Assembly (NCBI GenBank): GCA_964350165.1
Contig: CAYGJA010000004.1
Coordinates: 7,638-71,637, forward strand
Direction of reading: 5' to 3'
From: an uncultured Candidatus Saccharibacteria bacterium
GTDB taxonomy: Bacteria > Patescibacteriota > Minisyncoccia > Phycocordibacterales > UBA1006
Length of the DNA: 64,000 bases
In this document: in pieces, positions 48,112 through 57,868 of the stretch
Layout of the letters: every line of letters begins with the position of its first letter
Position numbering within the stretch: the first letter of the stretch is position 1
Notes under the pieces: model-generated
What the model was told of the DNA's origin: nothing
Seen by the model: only the letters and a program-made list of their open reading frames with translations
Databases searched by the model: none
Made by a program: the position numbers and the translations under genes

Positions 48112-51100
48112 TTATTGTGATTCCGTTGATGTTGAGGTTTCTTCTACTGGAACGGTGCTTGCTTCTTGGGGAGGGGTTTCTGATACTTCTTCTACTGGTT
48201 CCTCTGCCGGCTCAACGATTGTTTCCTCTTCTGTGACTACCACCGGTTCCTCTGTTGCTGGCTCTTGGGTATCCAGGCCGTCATTAGTGCTGGTAGCTAG
48301 CGGTTCGGTCGATGTGGCGCCGGTTTCTACTGATGGTTCTTGTGTGGGGTTGCTTTCTTCTGAGGAGGAAGAATTATCTGTTGTTTCAACCGAACTTGCC
48401 CCCATAACCTGAGGCTCTGGTTCACCAAAGACTTCCCGGAAGTCATCTTCGGTGACACAAACATCACCAACACAAAGCTCGGTAGTGGCTACTTTTGGTG
48501 CCAGAATGCCTCGACTAAATTCAATCAAACCTTCATAAACACCGACGATATAGCTCCCCACCTGATCAGCGCTTTCACCGACCCTGCTACTCAACTCCTG
48601 AATTGCTCCAATCAAAGCAGGTACCAAATCAGCAAAACGAACCGAGATATAATCTTCGGGGTTATCAGTCTCTCTGATGTACTGAGGAGCAATGGTTTTT
48701 ACTTCCTGAGCGATCAAACCAAAAGGAATGGGTCCATAATCGTGCCTAGGATTGTCTGGAAGCCATTCAAAGGACTTGATATCAAATTGACCAAGAAAAG
48801 CCAAGGCGCTGTCTGTTGGAGTGGCGATGTTGGTCTTGAGGCGTTGATCAGAAACAGTGGTGTCAATCGTTTCGTTTCCAACATAAAGTGTCGCTGATCC
48901 AGCTCCATTAGAAGCATCATCAATAAGGTTGTTGGTAGAAGTGGCCCCAATGGTAATACCACCCGTTGTCTGAGTCTGGCCATTAATACGAACAATGTCA
49001 TTATCAAACTCTCCATAAAGCAAAGGAGTGGTGGAGGAGGAGTTATCTAAATAAAGTTTGTTGGAACCGGTTTCGGAGTAGCCGGCTTGGTAACCCAGAA
49101 AAAGATTGCTAGAACCAGTACTATTAGAATAACCTGCCTGATAGCCAAGAGCGGTGGTGCTAGCTCCGGTGGTGTTGTTGTAGCCAGAATGGTAACCAAT
49201 AAAAATGTTAGCATCAGCGATATTGTTTCTACCAGCGGAAGATCCAATCATTATATTACGATCCCCCTCTGTTCCGATTGAATTGACACGCTCTCCGATT
49301 AAAACGTTATCTGCTCCAGTAACATTAACAGCACCAGCCATTCTACCCAAAAAAACGTTTTGTGAAGCTAGATTATTTGCGCCAGCCGCCCAACCAAAAA
49401 AAGAATTTGCTGAGCTGGCAGAAGTAAGCCCGGCCCCTGCCGCCACACCAACCGCCAAATTAGAACCACTATTTGTACGAATAATGCTAGTTCCATTCAT
49501 GCTTAGCTCAGTTCCGCTGGCGTTTACGGTTGCGTACCCGCTCAAATCTAAAGCCTCAGACCAGAATAAGTTCCCTGTCGCATCAGAAGCCAGCAGTTGT
49601 CCAGACGTGGTAGCGTCTGTGTCTGGAAGGACCCAGATTTGGTTGCCACTCAAAGCGGGAGCTTCGAAACCAACGTAGTTGGAGCCTTCGTAGAAGCGAA
49701 GTTCGTTGTTGGAGCCGCCAAGGTTAAGGGTGCCGTTGATGGTGACTAGGTCATTATCAAACTCTCCATAAATCAAAGGAGTGGTGGAGGAGGAGTTATC
49801 TAAGTAGAGTTTGTTGGAACCGGTTTCGGAATATCCGGCTTGGTAACCAAGGAAGAGATTGTTGGAGCCGGCCGTATTAGTGAAACCAGACTGGTAGCCA
49901 AGGAAAAGGTTCGAGTTACCAGTAATATTGTTGACACCAGACTGGTTTCCAATAAAGAGGTTCAGGGTTCCGGAGGTATTGTCGTAACCGGAATAATATC
50001 CCAAGAAGATATTGTCATCAGCGTCGGTGCTGGCACCAGAAAGAGTACCCAGGAAAAGGTTTCGATCACCAGACACCCCAAGGACTCCGGCACCGGAACC
50101 ATGACCAAGCATTATGTTGTCATCTCCGTCACGATAATAAGAAACATTGTAGCCAACATAGAAGTTTCTGGATCCAGAATTATTTCCGTAACCAGTACAA
50201 GGACCAATGAAGATATTCTGTCCACCACTAATGTTTCCAGCTCCGGTACAGAGAGCACCAACGAAGGTGTTGTTGACACCAGTAGTGTTGACACGACCAG
50301 AGTCTTCACCGACAAAGGTGTTACCCCAACCAGTGGTGTTGAAGCCACCGGCATCATCACCAATGAAGGTATTATAACTACCAGCGTTACCAGTACCGTT
50401 GGCACCGCCGGCGTTTTTTCCGATAGCGGTAAATGAGCCCTTGGTGTTGCCTTTACCAGCTTGGTAGCCGATGGCTACGATGGAGCTGGCGGTGTTGCTT
50501 GCACCGGCGTTGTAGCCAAGAAAAGTGTTGTTGCTGGTAGAGGTGGCGCCGTTGCCGGCGTTGGTGCCAACATACGTATTATTAGAGCCTACTGTGTTGG
50601 CATATCCAGACTGATAACCCAGGAAAAGATTACTAGAACCAGTACTATTAGAATAACCTGCCTGATAGCCAAGAGCGGTGGTGCTAGTTCCAGTGGTATT
50701 ACTATAGCCAGCTTCATAGCCCAAAAAAGAAAGACCAGCTCCACTAGTGTTGGCGTCACCAGTACGATAACCAACGAAAATATTTCCATCACTAGTAGTC
50801 TTAGAACCAGCACGAGAACCGACGGCGACGTTTCTGTTGCCGTTTCCAGAACTGCCAGCCGCATACCCGATGAGGACATTGTCCCAACCAGTGGTGTTGG
50901 CACTACCAGAATTTGATCCCATAAATACATTTTGCCAACCGGTGTTACTGATTCCGGACCCATAACCAAAGAAGTTGTTGAGCGCTCCTCCGGTTCCAGA
51001 CAACGTACCAACAGAGGTTACTGATCCAGCGGAAGTGAGTGCTCTTACTCCATTCATGCTTAGCTCAGTTCCGCTGGCGTTTACTCCCGCATATCTACTC

Positions 51101-51540
51101 GAATCAAGACCATCAAAATAATCTGCTTCTCGAGCAGCAGGAACCATACCCAACGCGATAATACCAACTGGCGTACTATATGAAGGAGAGCCACCGGTAC
51201 CATCAACAGTAATACGCAGATAAAGTGTCTGATTGAGGTCAATCCCAACCAAAGTAACATCCGACCCAAGAGTTACGTTAAAAATACCGTTCGTAACAGT
51301 GGCTTGCCCTGCATTGGCGGTGTCGTGATATTCGGTCCAGATAACCGTGCTACAGTCGCTGGCAGAACAAAGTTCGAATTTGATATTGTAATTACCATTG
51401 GCGGTACTACCCGCGTCTTTGAGTTTTCCCTGAAAATTAAGAGTTTGAGAAAAATTGGAAGCCTGAAGGGAAAAAGCAGGAATCAAAAAGAAACCTATAA
51501 CAAGCAGGAACAGGCACCACTTTTTTTGGGCAGAATTCAT
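48112..51540 (-). CDS. Large secreted tail-fibre-like / adhesin-like protein with C-terminal peptidase-S74 intramolecular chaperone domain
   Basis: Signal peptide MNSAQKKWCLFLLVIGFFLIPAFSLQA. Hundreds of residues of about 14-aa Gly/Asn/Ser/Thr/Tyr repeats (NxxxGYxAGxxxTGSxN). Conserved SDQRLKTNI...FEW block of the S74 chaperone. Acidic Thr/Glu/Pro-rich C-terminal tail. 1142 aa. Confidence 0.7.
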   Translation of the reverse strand: MNSAQKKWCLFLLVIGFFLIPAFSLQASNFSQTLNFQGKLKDAGSTANGNYNIKFELCSASDCSTVIWTEYHDTANAGQATVTNGIFNVTLGSDVTLVGIDLNQTLYLRITVDGTGGSPSYSTPVGIIALGMVPAAREADYFDGLDSSRYAGVNASGTELSMNGVRALTSAGSVTSVGTLSGTGGALNNFFGYGSGISNTGWQNVFMGSNSGSANTTGWDNVLIGYAAGSSGNGNRNVAVGSRAGSKTTSDGNIFVGYRTGDANTSGAGLSFLGYEAGYSNTTGTSTTALGYQAGYSNSTGSSNLFLGYQSGYANTVGSNNTYVGTNAGNGATSTSNNTFLGYNAGASNTASSIVAIGYQAGKGNTKGSFTAIGKNAGGANGTGNAGSYNTFIGDDAGGFNTTGWGNTFVGEDSGRVNTTGVNNTFVGALCTGAGNISGGQNIFIGPCTGYGNNSGSRNFYVGYNVSYYRDGDDNIMLGHGSGAGVLGVSGDRNLFLGTLSGASTDADDNIFLGYYSGYDNTSGTLNLFIGNQSGVNNITGNSNLFLGYQSGFTNTAGSNNLFLGYQAGYSETGSNKLYLDNSSSTTPLIYGEFDNDLVTINGTLNLGGSNNELRFYEGSNYVGFEAPALSGNQIWVLPDTDATTSGQLLASDATGNLFWSEALDLSGYATVNASGTELSMNGTSIIRTNSGSNLAVGVAAGAGLTSASSANSFFGWAAGANNLASQNVFLGRMAGAVNVTGADNVLIGERVNSIGTEGDRNIMIGSSAGRNNIADANIFIGYHSGYNNTTGASTTALGYQAGYSNSTGSSNLFLGYQAGYSETGSNKLYLDNSSSTTPLLYGEFDNDIVRINGQTQTTGGITIGATSTNNLIDDASNGAGSATLYVGNETIDTTVSDQRLKTNIATPTDSALAFLGQFDIKSFEWLPDNPRHDYGPIPFGLIAQEVKTIAPQYIRETDNPEDYISVRFADLVPALIGAIQELSSRVGESADQVGSYIVGVYEGLIEFSRGILAPKVATTELCVGDVCVTEDDFREVFGEPEPQVMGASSVETTDNSSSSEESNPTQEPSVETGATSTEPLATSTNDGLDTQEPATEEPVVVTEEETIVEPAEEPVEEVSETPPQEASTVPVEETSTSTESQ

Positions 51541-51631
51541 ACCAGCATTGTACTACGAAAAACAATGCCTCATCTTTAAAAAGTGGATTCGGATTGTAAT
51601 CTTTTTCGGAATAAATTATGATGAAAATCTC

Positions 51632-51705
51632 GGGCGATTAGCTCAGTTGGCTAGAGCGCATCATTGACGTTGATGAGGTCACAGGTTCGAGCCCTGTATC
51701 GCCCA
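51632..51705 (+). tRNA. tRNA-Val (anticodon GAC)
   Basis: Acceptor gggcgat/atcgccc, D-arm gctc-agttggct-agagc, anticodon stem catca/tgatg, loop ttGACgt, T-loop ttcgagc. Confidence 0.9.
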
Positions 51706-51717
51706 CTTGCAACATGA

Positions 51718-51746
51718 GGCCCCATTCCAAAAGAATGGGGCTTTTT
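51718..51746 (+). terminator. Rho-independent terminator after tRNA-Val
   Basis: ggccccattc-caaaa-gaatggggc followed by TTTTT. Confidence 0.7.
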
Positions 51747-51846
51747 GTTACATAGGCGCACAGGGCTCGAACCGTAGGTTCCGATTTTTAAGGAGTTTGC
51801 GACTATAAAAATCGTGAATTTCGGAACAAGCGCAGCTTGTGAGAGG

Positions 51847-51865
51847 CGAGCCCTGTATCGCCCAC
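51847..51865. repeat. 19-bp direct repeat of the tRNA-Val 3' end (cgagccctgtatcgcccac), att-like
   Basis: Identical to 51688..51706 at the 3' end of tRNA-Val. Confidence 0.65.
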
Positions 51866-51910
51866 CCAAAAACCTTTGCAGAAAAGATTCTTTTCCTGCA
51901 TATTAAAAAA

Positions 51911-53071
51911 ATGAAAATCCTAGCCATTGAAACCAGTTGTGACGAAACCTCGATTGCGATCATCGAGGCTATTTCTGATACTTCGATTCGGGTTCTGTCC
52001 CACGTCGTCCTCTCTCAGGTGGCTATTCACGCCGAATATGGCGGTGTCTACCCCGCCCTAGCCAAACGCGAACATGCCAAAAACCTCGTCCCCGTTCTGG
52101 AACAAGCCCTCCGCGAAGCCAATCTCTACCAAGCAGGCCAGACTGCCATGCCGGCCAACATCGAACAAATCCTAGAACGAGAACCGGATTTGTTTGGGAA
52201 TTTTACGGCTTTTTTGAAAAAGACAGCGATGCCGGGTATCGATCAGATTGTGGTTACCCAAGGCCCGGGATTGGAGCCGGCCCTGTGGGTTGGTGTTAAT
52301 TTTGCCAAAGCTCTGGCGGCGGCTTGGAATGTTCCGCTGACCCCGGTCAACCATATGGAGGGGCATATTCTGTCTGTCCTCATCCAAGAAAAGACCGATT
52401 CGGAAATAACACTGGCAGATATCACCTACCCTGCCTTGGCCTTACTTGTCTCCGGCGGACACACCGAAATCGTCCTCATGGACGAACCAGGAAATTATCG
52501 CCTGATTGGCAAAACCCAAGACGATGCTGCCGGTGAAGCCTTTGACAAAGCCGCCCGCATCCTGGACCTCCCTTATCCTGGCGGGCCAGAAATCAGTCGC
52601 CTGGCCGAGCAGGGCCTCCCCAACGAAGCCATCAATCTCCCTCGCCCCATGATTGATTCGGGCACTTATGATTTTTCTTTTTCTGGGCTCAAGACAGCCG
52701 CGCTGTATCTGGTGCGAGACCTGGGCGGTATCGAAACATTGTCTGACCAAACCAAAGCCGATATTGCCCGAGAATTCCAAAATGCGGCCCTGGATGTACT
52801 TTCCAAAAAAACCTTGGCGGCTTTTACTGAATTTTCTTGCCAGACCCTGATTGTCGGTGGCGGAGTATCTGCTAATCGAGCCCTACGCAAGATGCTTCGA
52901 GAAAAACTAACAGCCATCGACCCTGCGGCCAAGTTACTATTGCCTGGCCCAGGACTTTCTACCGACAATGCCCTCATGATTGCGCTGGTTGGCCTGTTCC
53001 AGATTAAATCCGGCAAACTTCCGACAACTGATTTTGTTGCAGAGGGAAGGCTTTCTATTGCCAATAACTAA
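51911..53071 (+). CDS. tsaD: tRNA N6-adenosine threonylcarbamoyltransferase TsaD (Kae1/Gcp)
   Basis: N-terminal MKILAIETSCDETSIAII, His-rich metal site (VNHMEGH) and conserved C-terminal blocks; start placed at Met 51911 after the repeat. Confidence 0.9.
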   Translation: MKILAIETSCDETSIAIIEAISDTSIRVLSHVVLSQVAIHAEYGGVYPALAKREHAKNLVPVLEQALREANLYQAGQTAMPANIEQILEREPDLFGNFTAFLKKTAMPGIDQIVVTQGPGLEPALWVGVNFAKALAAAWNVPLTPVNHMEGHILSVLIQEKTDSEITLADITYPALALLVSGGHTEIVLMDEPGNYRLIGKTQDDAAGEAFDKAARILDLPYPGGPEISRLAEQGLPNEAINLPRPMIDSGTYDFSFSGLKTAALYLVRDLGGIETLSDQTKADIAREFQNAALDVLSKKTLAAFTEFSCQTLIVGGGVSANRALRKMLREKLTAIDPAAKLLLPGPGLSTDNALMIALVGLFQIKSGKLPTTDFVAEGRLSIANN

Positions 53072-53085
53072 TTCAAAATTACTAA

Positions 53086-54285
53086 ATGAAGAGCTCGAAC
53101 ATAAAGGGGAATATTTGGAAATTTGCAGTCCACTCCATCACAAACAAGAGGACCTATATGACCTTTTTAAGTATCTTCTTTTTAACCATGCCCGACGCGA
53201 CAACAAAGATGGTGGGACTGCTAACTCTAGCCGGGCAATTGGCTGGATTTATTTTCGAAGTACCGAGCGGGTATGTCTCGGACAGAATAGGACACAGAAA
53301 TGCTCTACTAATTGCTCGCATAGCTATGGTTCTTTCTACTGCTTGCTACATCTTTGCAGACAATACCGCCTGGTTTTTTGCTGGTTCAATACTACTTGCA
53401 ATTGGTTTAGCATTTGTCAGTGGTACCGGCAGCGCTCTCATGCATAACACACTTACCGCTATCAAAAGAGAAACCGAATATGCAAAAATTATGGGCCGCA
53501 TCAAATCGCTAGGTTTTGGGGTACCGGTTATCTTTATACTATTGCTCCCTGTTTTAGCCGAATCAAGTTTTCAGATTGCTTTTATTGTTGCGCTAGTTAT
53601 CGATATAATCGGCCTCCTTGCTGTTATTGCCATGGCAGAACCAGACTCAAAAAAATACGAAGTTGAAGAGGTGAAACCAGAAACCTTTTTACAAAATGCA
53701 AAGGAAATGAAAAAACTAGGCTGGCTTCCCTACGTTATTATTACTCAACTTATTTTTGCTCTTTCTTTTGGGGCAACAGCAGGTTTCAAAAATCCTTTTC
53801 AAGAGTCTCTCGGCTTCTCTATTTCGATGCTCGGAGTTTTGTGGGCAGCTTCAAGAGTTTTTATTTCTGCCCTCTTGCTCACAAACGGATGGGTCTACAA
53901 GACATTTACCTACAAGCAATACATTACTTTGCACAGCACAGTATATGCTCTGAGCTTTATGGGAATCCTATTCACTAACAACATGTGGATTGTAGCCAGC
54001 TTGTTCCTAATTGGAAATGTATTTGGCTGGGGGCTCACTGCCGCAAGTGATCAATATACCCTGGAATTCATTGGTAAAAGTAAATCAAAAGCAACCCTGA
54101 TATCAATCAGTCAACTTATCCAAAAAATATTCGCCGCCGGTACTGGCTTGCTAATGGGAATACTAGTCTTCAACTTAGGTTATAACAAAGCATACTTTGT
54201 TATCGGGCTTTTGATTCTTTTGACTGTTTTTACGGCAATAGTGCTTCTGCCTCGGTTTCATCCACAAGAACCAAAAACAGCATAA
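53086..54285 (+). CDS. MFS transporter
   Basis: About 12 predicted TM helices; MFS-like loop motif (GYVSDRIGHRNALLIA). Confidence 0.75.
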   Translation: MKSSNIKGNIWKFAVHSITNKRTYMTFLSIFFLTMPDATTKMVGLLTLAGQLAGFIFEVPSGYVSDRIGHRNALLIARIAMVLSTACYIFADNTAWFFAGSILLAIGLAFVSGTGSALMHNTLTAIKRETEYAKIMGRIKSLGFGVPVIFILLLPVLAESSFQIAFIVALVIDIIGLLAVIAMAEPDSKKYEVEEVKPETFLQNAKEMKKLGWLPYVIITQLIFALSFGATAGFKNPFQESLGFSISMLGVLWAASRVFISALLLTNGWVYKTFTYKQYITLHSTVYALSFMGILFTNNMWIVASLFLIGNVFGWGLTAASDQYTLEFIGKSKSKATLISISQLIQKIFAAGTGLLMGILVFNLGYNKAYFVIGLLILLTVFTAIVLLPRFHPQEPKTA

Positions 54286-54411
54286 TTTTCTTCGTACGAG
54301 TCATCGTAGCCCTGCCCCATTTCGCACAGCAAGCTTCTTTTTAACGACGACAAAATCAAACCCGCGAAAAACGGGTTTTATTTTTACAAGAATTCGTCTA
54401 AACTAATCACC

Positions 54412-56622
54412 ATGAACAACCTTCCAGAAAAATTCACCAAACCATACGACGCGGCTACCACCGAGGACCGTATTTACACAATGTGGGAAGAGTCCGGCTA
54501 TTTTAACCCTGATATATGCATCGAAAAAGGTGTCTGTGCAGCTGATGCCGAACATTTTTCAATTGTCTTGCCTCCTCCAAACGTAACTGGAGAGCTCCAC
54601 CTGGGGCACTCGTTTGAGGGGGCGACTCAGGATGCCATGATTCGCTTTGAGCGTATGCGGGGCAAGCGCGCGCTCTGGATACCGGGTACCGACCATGCCG
54701 CCATTGCAACCCAGTCAAAATTTGAAAAAGAGCTCTACAAAAAAGAAAAGAAATCTCGTCATGATTTTTCTCGAGAAGAATTCTTTGACATGGTTCAGGA
54801 ATTTGCTTTCGCCAATCAGGCAACCATCCTAGGCCAGCTCCGCAAAATGGGGTCTTCGCTAGATTGGAGCCGTCTCGCCTTTACCTTGGACAAAGAACGT
54901 GAAAAAGCGGTATTTGAGGCTTTCAAACGGATGCACGAAGCCGGTCTTGTCTACCAAAAAGACCGCGTAGTGAACTGGGACCCCAAAGGCCAAACCACTG
55001 TTTCTGATGACGAAGTAGAGCGAGAAGAAAGAAAGGCAACCATGTATACCTTTAAATACAGCCACGACTTCCCATTCGCCATTGCCACCACTCGCCCCGA
55101 AACTAAAGTCGGCGACACCGCCGTGGCTGTACACCCAGATGATGCTCGTTACCAGCAATACATCGGTCAAGAATATTCCTTTGAATTTGCTGGCGAACCA
55201 GTAACTGTAAAAATAATTGCAGACGAAGTAGTCGAGCCAGAGTTTGGCGTCGGCGCACTTGGAGTTACCCCCGCCCATTCTGTTACAGACTGGGAAATAG
55301 CCGAACGACACGGCCTTCCACTAAAACAGGTCATTAATGAATACGGCAAAATGACCGTCGGCATGGAAGGGGTAGTGGGAGAAAAAACAGCTGTTGCCCG
55401 CGAAGCTGTGGCCGAATGGTTGCGCAGCGAAGGTCTGATGATCCAAGAAGAAGAAATCGAACAAAGCATCGGTGTCGCCGAACGTACCGGTGGAATCATC
55501 GAACCGTTGCCAAAATTACAATGGTGGATCAAGGTGAACAAGACGTTCCCCTACCCTCACGACACCTTGACTGGCATAAAGAAAAACCAAGAAGTATCCC
55601 TCAAAGACCTAATGCTCCATGTCGTAGAATCGGGTCAAACCGAGATTGTCCCAGAGCGTTTTGCCAAAACCTATCGCCACTGGATAACAAATCTTCGTGA
55701 CTGGAACATTAGCCGCCAAATAATGTACGGCCACCAAGTCCCTGCTTGGTACAAGGATTCTGAAATAAAAATATCAGCAGAGTCTCCAGGAGAAGGCTGG
55801 ATTCAAGACTCTGACACTTTGGACACTTGGTTTTCTTCTGGATTATGGACCTTTTCAACTCTAGGCTGGCCAAACTCAGACAACGAATTAGCTAATTTCC
55901 ACCCTACTAATGTAGTGAATCCTGGTTACGAAATACTCCCCCTTTGGGTTTCTCGTATGATTATGATGAGCACTTTTCTGGTAGGACAAGTGCCTTTCAA
56001 GACGGCATTCATTCACGGAATCTTGCGTAATAAAAATGGCCAAAAGTTCAGCAAATCTCTGAATAATGGTATTAACCCGCTCGAGGTGATTGAAAAATAC
56101 GGCACCGACGCCTTGCGTATGTCGCTTATTATTGGGACAACACCTGGTCAGGATGTTACTTTTGATGAACAAAAAGTAAAAGCCTATCGGAAATTCGCCA
56201 ACAAGCTTTGGAACATTACTCGTTTTGTGCTGGAAAACACAGCAGATTATGACCATGCCGGACATGTGCCAGAAATCATTGGTAAGTTTGTGAACCATAG
56301 CAAAACCTTGGAAAATTTAACCAAGGAAATCACTGACGAAATGTCTGATTACAAATATTATCTCGTCGGAGAAAAGCTCTATCATTATGTCTGGCACACT
56401 CTAGCAGACGAAGTCTTAGAAGAACTAAAATCTATCGTCCAAGACGAATCACACCCCGATCGGCTGGCCGCCCAAGCTACATTGTGGGAACTGCTGACCA
56501 CCAGCCTCAAGCTCCTCCATCCTTTTATGCCTTTTGTGACCGAAGAAATCTGGCAGTCTCTCCCAGCGCGTCCAGGCCGAGAGCAACTGATGATCACCAG
56601 CTGGCCAACCAAACAAAAATAA
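54412..56622 (+). CDS. valS: Valine--tRNA ligase, C-terminally shortened form
   Basis: PPPNVTGELHLGHS (HIGH), editing-domain block TTRPETKVGDTAVAVHPDDARY, KFSKS (KMSKS), LLHPFMPFVTEEIWQ; 736 aa with no C-terminal coiled-coil. Confidence 0.85.
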   Translation: MNNLPEKFTKPYDAATTEDRIYTMWEESGYFNPDICIEKGVCAADAEHFSIVLPPPNVTGELHLGHSFEGATQDAMIRFERMRGKRALWIPGTDHAAIATQSKFEKELYKKEKKSRHDFSREEFFDMVQEFAFANQATILGQLRKMGSSLDWSRLAFTLDKEREKAVFEAFKRMHEAGLVYQKDRVVNWDPKGQTTVSDDEVEREERKATMYTFKYSHDFPFAIATTRPETKVGDTAVAVHPDDARYQQYIGQEYSFEFAGEPVTVKIIADEVVEPEFGVGALGVTPAHSVTDWEIAERHGLPLKQVINEYGKMTVGMEGVVGEKTAVAREAVAEWLRSEGLMIQEEEIEQSIGVAERTGGIIEPLPKLQWWIKVNKTFPYPHDTLTGIKKNQEVSLKDLMLHVVESGQTEIVPERFAKTYRHWITNLRDWNISRQIMYGHQVPAWYKDSEIKISAESPGEGWIQDSDTLDTWFSSGLWTFSTLGWPNSDNELANFHPTNVVNPGYEILPLWVSRMIMMSTFLVGQVPFKTAFIHGILRNKNGQKFSKSLNNGINPLEVIEKYGTDALRMSLIIGTTPGQDVTFDEQKVKAYRKFANKLWNITRFVLENTADYDHAGHVPEIIGKFVNHSKTLENLTKEITDEMSDYKYYLVGEKLYHYVWHTLADEVLEELKSIVQDESHPDRLAAQATLWELLTTSLKLLHPFMPFVTEEIWQSLPARPGREQLMITSWPTKQK

Positions 56623-56643
56623 CTTCGGTTATACTACAGGGAC

Positions 56644-57333
56644 ATGTCGATCCCTCCCCAAGAAATAGTAGTGGCTATCATCGCCGGCGTCGTACCCACC
56701 GGACTTTGGTTGTGGTTTTGGCTTTCCGAAGACCATCAACATCCGGAGCCCAGAACCATGCTGATTGCTAGTTTTTTGATTGGCGCCTTAGCGATAGTCT
56801 TAACCCTGCCACCTCAAGAAATCGCCAACACTCTGGTTGGAAACCAGACCTCGTTTCATTTTTTCCTAATTAATTCCGGCATCGAAGAAATAATAAAATT
56901 CGGCCTAGTGTTCCTTTTTATCGCTTTCACTCCCTTTGTTGACGAACCTATCGACTATGCCATCTATCTCATCACCGGAGCCCTAGGGTTTGCAGCGCTA
57001 GAGAACACACTCTATCTTATCGACCCAGTCCGGTCTGTTTTTTCGGATTCAAGTCTTCGAATCATGAGTCTGCGTTTTTTGGGATCAACCCTGCTTCATG
57101 CAGCCATGGCAGCGTTGCTAGGATTAGGTCTGGGCTTAACCTGGCACAAAAAAAAGCGATATCGCTTTTTGGTTTTTGTAGCCACTCTTATCCTCGTTGT
57201 GACTTTGCATGCTGCCTTTAACTTTTTTATAATTAATGGCACAGATAGTTATGTGCTGTTATCTTTGGTGGTTCTCTGGGTCATTGCTATACTAACTATG
57301 TATTTTTTTGAACACGTAAAACATATCAGATAA
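56644..57333 (+). CDS. PrsW-family intramembrane metalloprotease
   Basis: Motifs GIEEIIKFG (EExxK), GFAALEN, HAAFNF in successive TM helices. Confidence 0.65.
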   Translation: MSIPPQEIVVAIIAGVVPTGLWLWFWLSEDHQHPEPRTMLIASFLIGALAIVLTLPPQEIANTLVGNQTSFHFFLINSGIEEIIKFGLVFLFIAFTPFVDEPIDYAIYLITGALGFAALENTLYLIDPVRSVFSDSSLRIMSLRFLGSTLLHAAMAALLGLGLGLTWHKKKRYRFLVFVATLILVVTLHAAFNFFIINGTDSYVLLSLVVLWVIAILTMYFFEHVKHIR

Positions 57334-57348
57334 TCGTACCTTTCGACC

Positions 57349-57855
57349 ATGTATAAAACCCCTCGCCGCAAATCATTATTCCTTCGTATTTTTGATACTG
57401 TTCGGCTGCGCGAAGATGACGATTTGGATAATGATATTTATGACGAAGAAGACGAGGACCTGGACCTTGCTCCTGATCACCTAGTAGAAGACACCACAGA
57501 AGATGACTATGTCGAAGAAGACCCCGAAGGAGAACTCGGCATTGACATGTACCAAACCCACAACGCCATTGTAATTCAGGCTATTACTGCGGGCGTCAAG
57601 CTGAGTGATATTGATATTGATTTGACCCGAGAACACGTAACCATTCGCGGCACCCGAACCCCTACCCACCGCGTAAGCGAAGAAGATTTTTTCAATCAAG
57701 AAATCTATTGGGGTGCTTTTTCTCGCAGTGTTCAGTTGCCGTTCGAAGTAGACATCGACCAAGCCGAAGCCATCGAAGACCACGGCCTACTCACCATCAC
57801 CCTGCCAAAACTCAACAAAGACCGTCGAGCAGCCCTCAAAGTAAAATCAATCTAA
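57349..57855 (+). CDS. Hsp20/alpha-crystallin small heat-shock protein with acidic N-terminal extension
   Basis: Alpha-crystallin domain (VDMYQT...ITLPK) after an Asp/Glu-rich 60-aa N-terminus. Confidence 0.8.
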   Translation: MYKTPRRKSLFLRIFDTVRLREDDDLDNDIYDEEDEDLDLAPDHLVEDTTEDDYVEEDPEGELGIDMYQTHNAIVIQAITAGVKLSDIDIDLTREHVTIRGTRTPTHRVSEEDFFNQEIYWGAFSRSVQLPFEVDIDQAEAIEDHGLLTITLPKLNKDRRAALKVKSI

Positions 57856-57868
57856 GTAAACCTATTTG

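Noticed and set aside
48112-51540. Internal near-identical DNA repeats considered as a possible CRISPR array or VNTR locus
   Set aside because: The repeats are 45-100 nt, irregularly spaced, lie inside one continuous ORF and encode repeated protein modules; there is no short repeat/spacer periodicity.
48155-51579. Numerous 60-200-aa ORFs in other frames and on the opposite strand inside the tail-fibre-like gene (for example 49840..50436 +, 50589..51011 -)
   Set aside because: Artefacts of low-complexity, repeat-rich coding sequence lacking stops in several frames; the long minus-strand frame with signal peptide and S74 domain is the coherent one.
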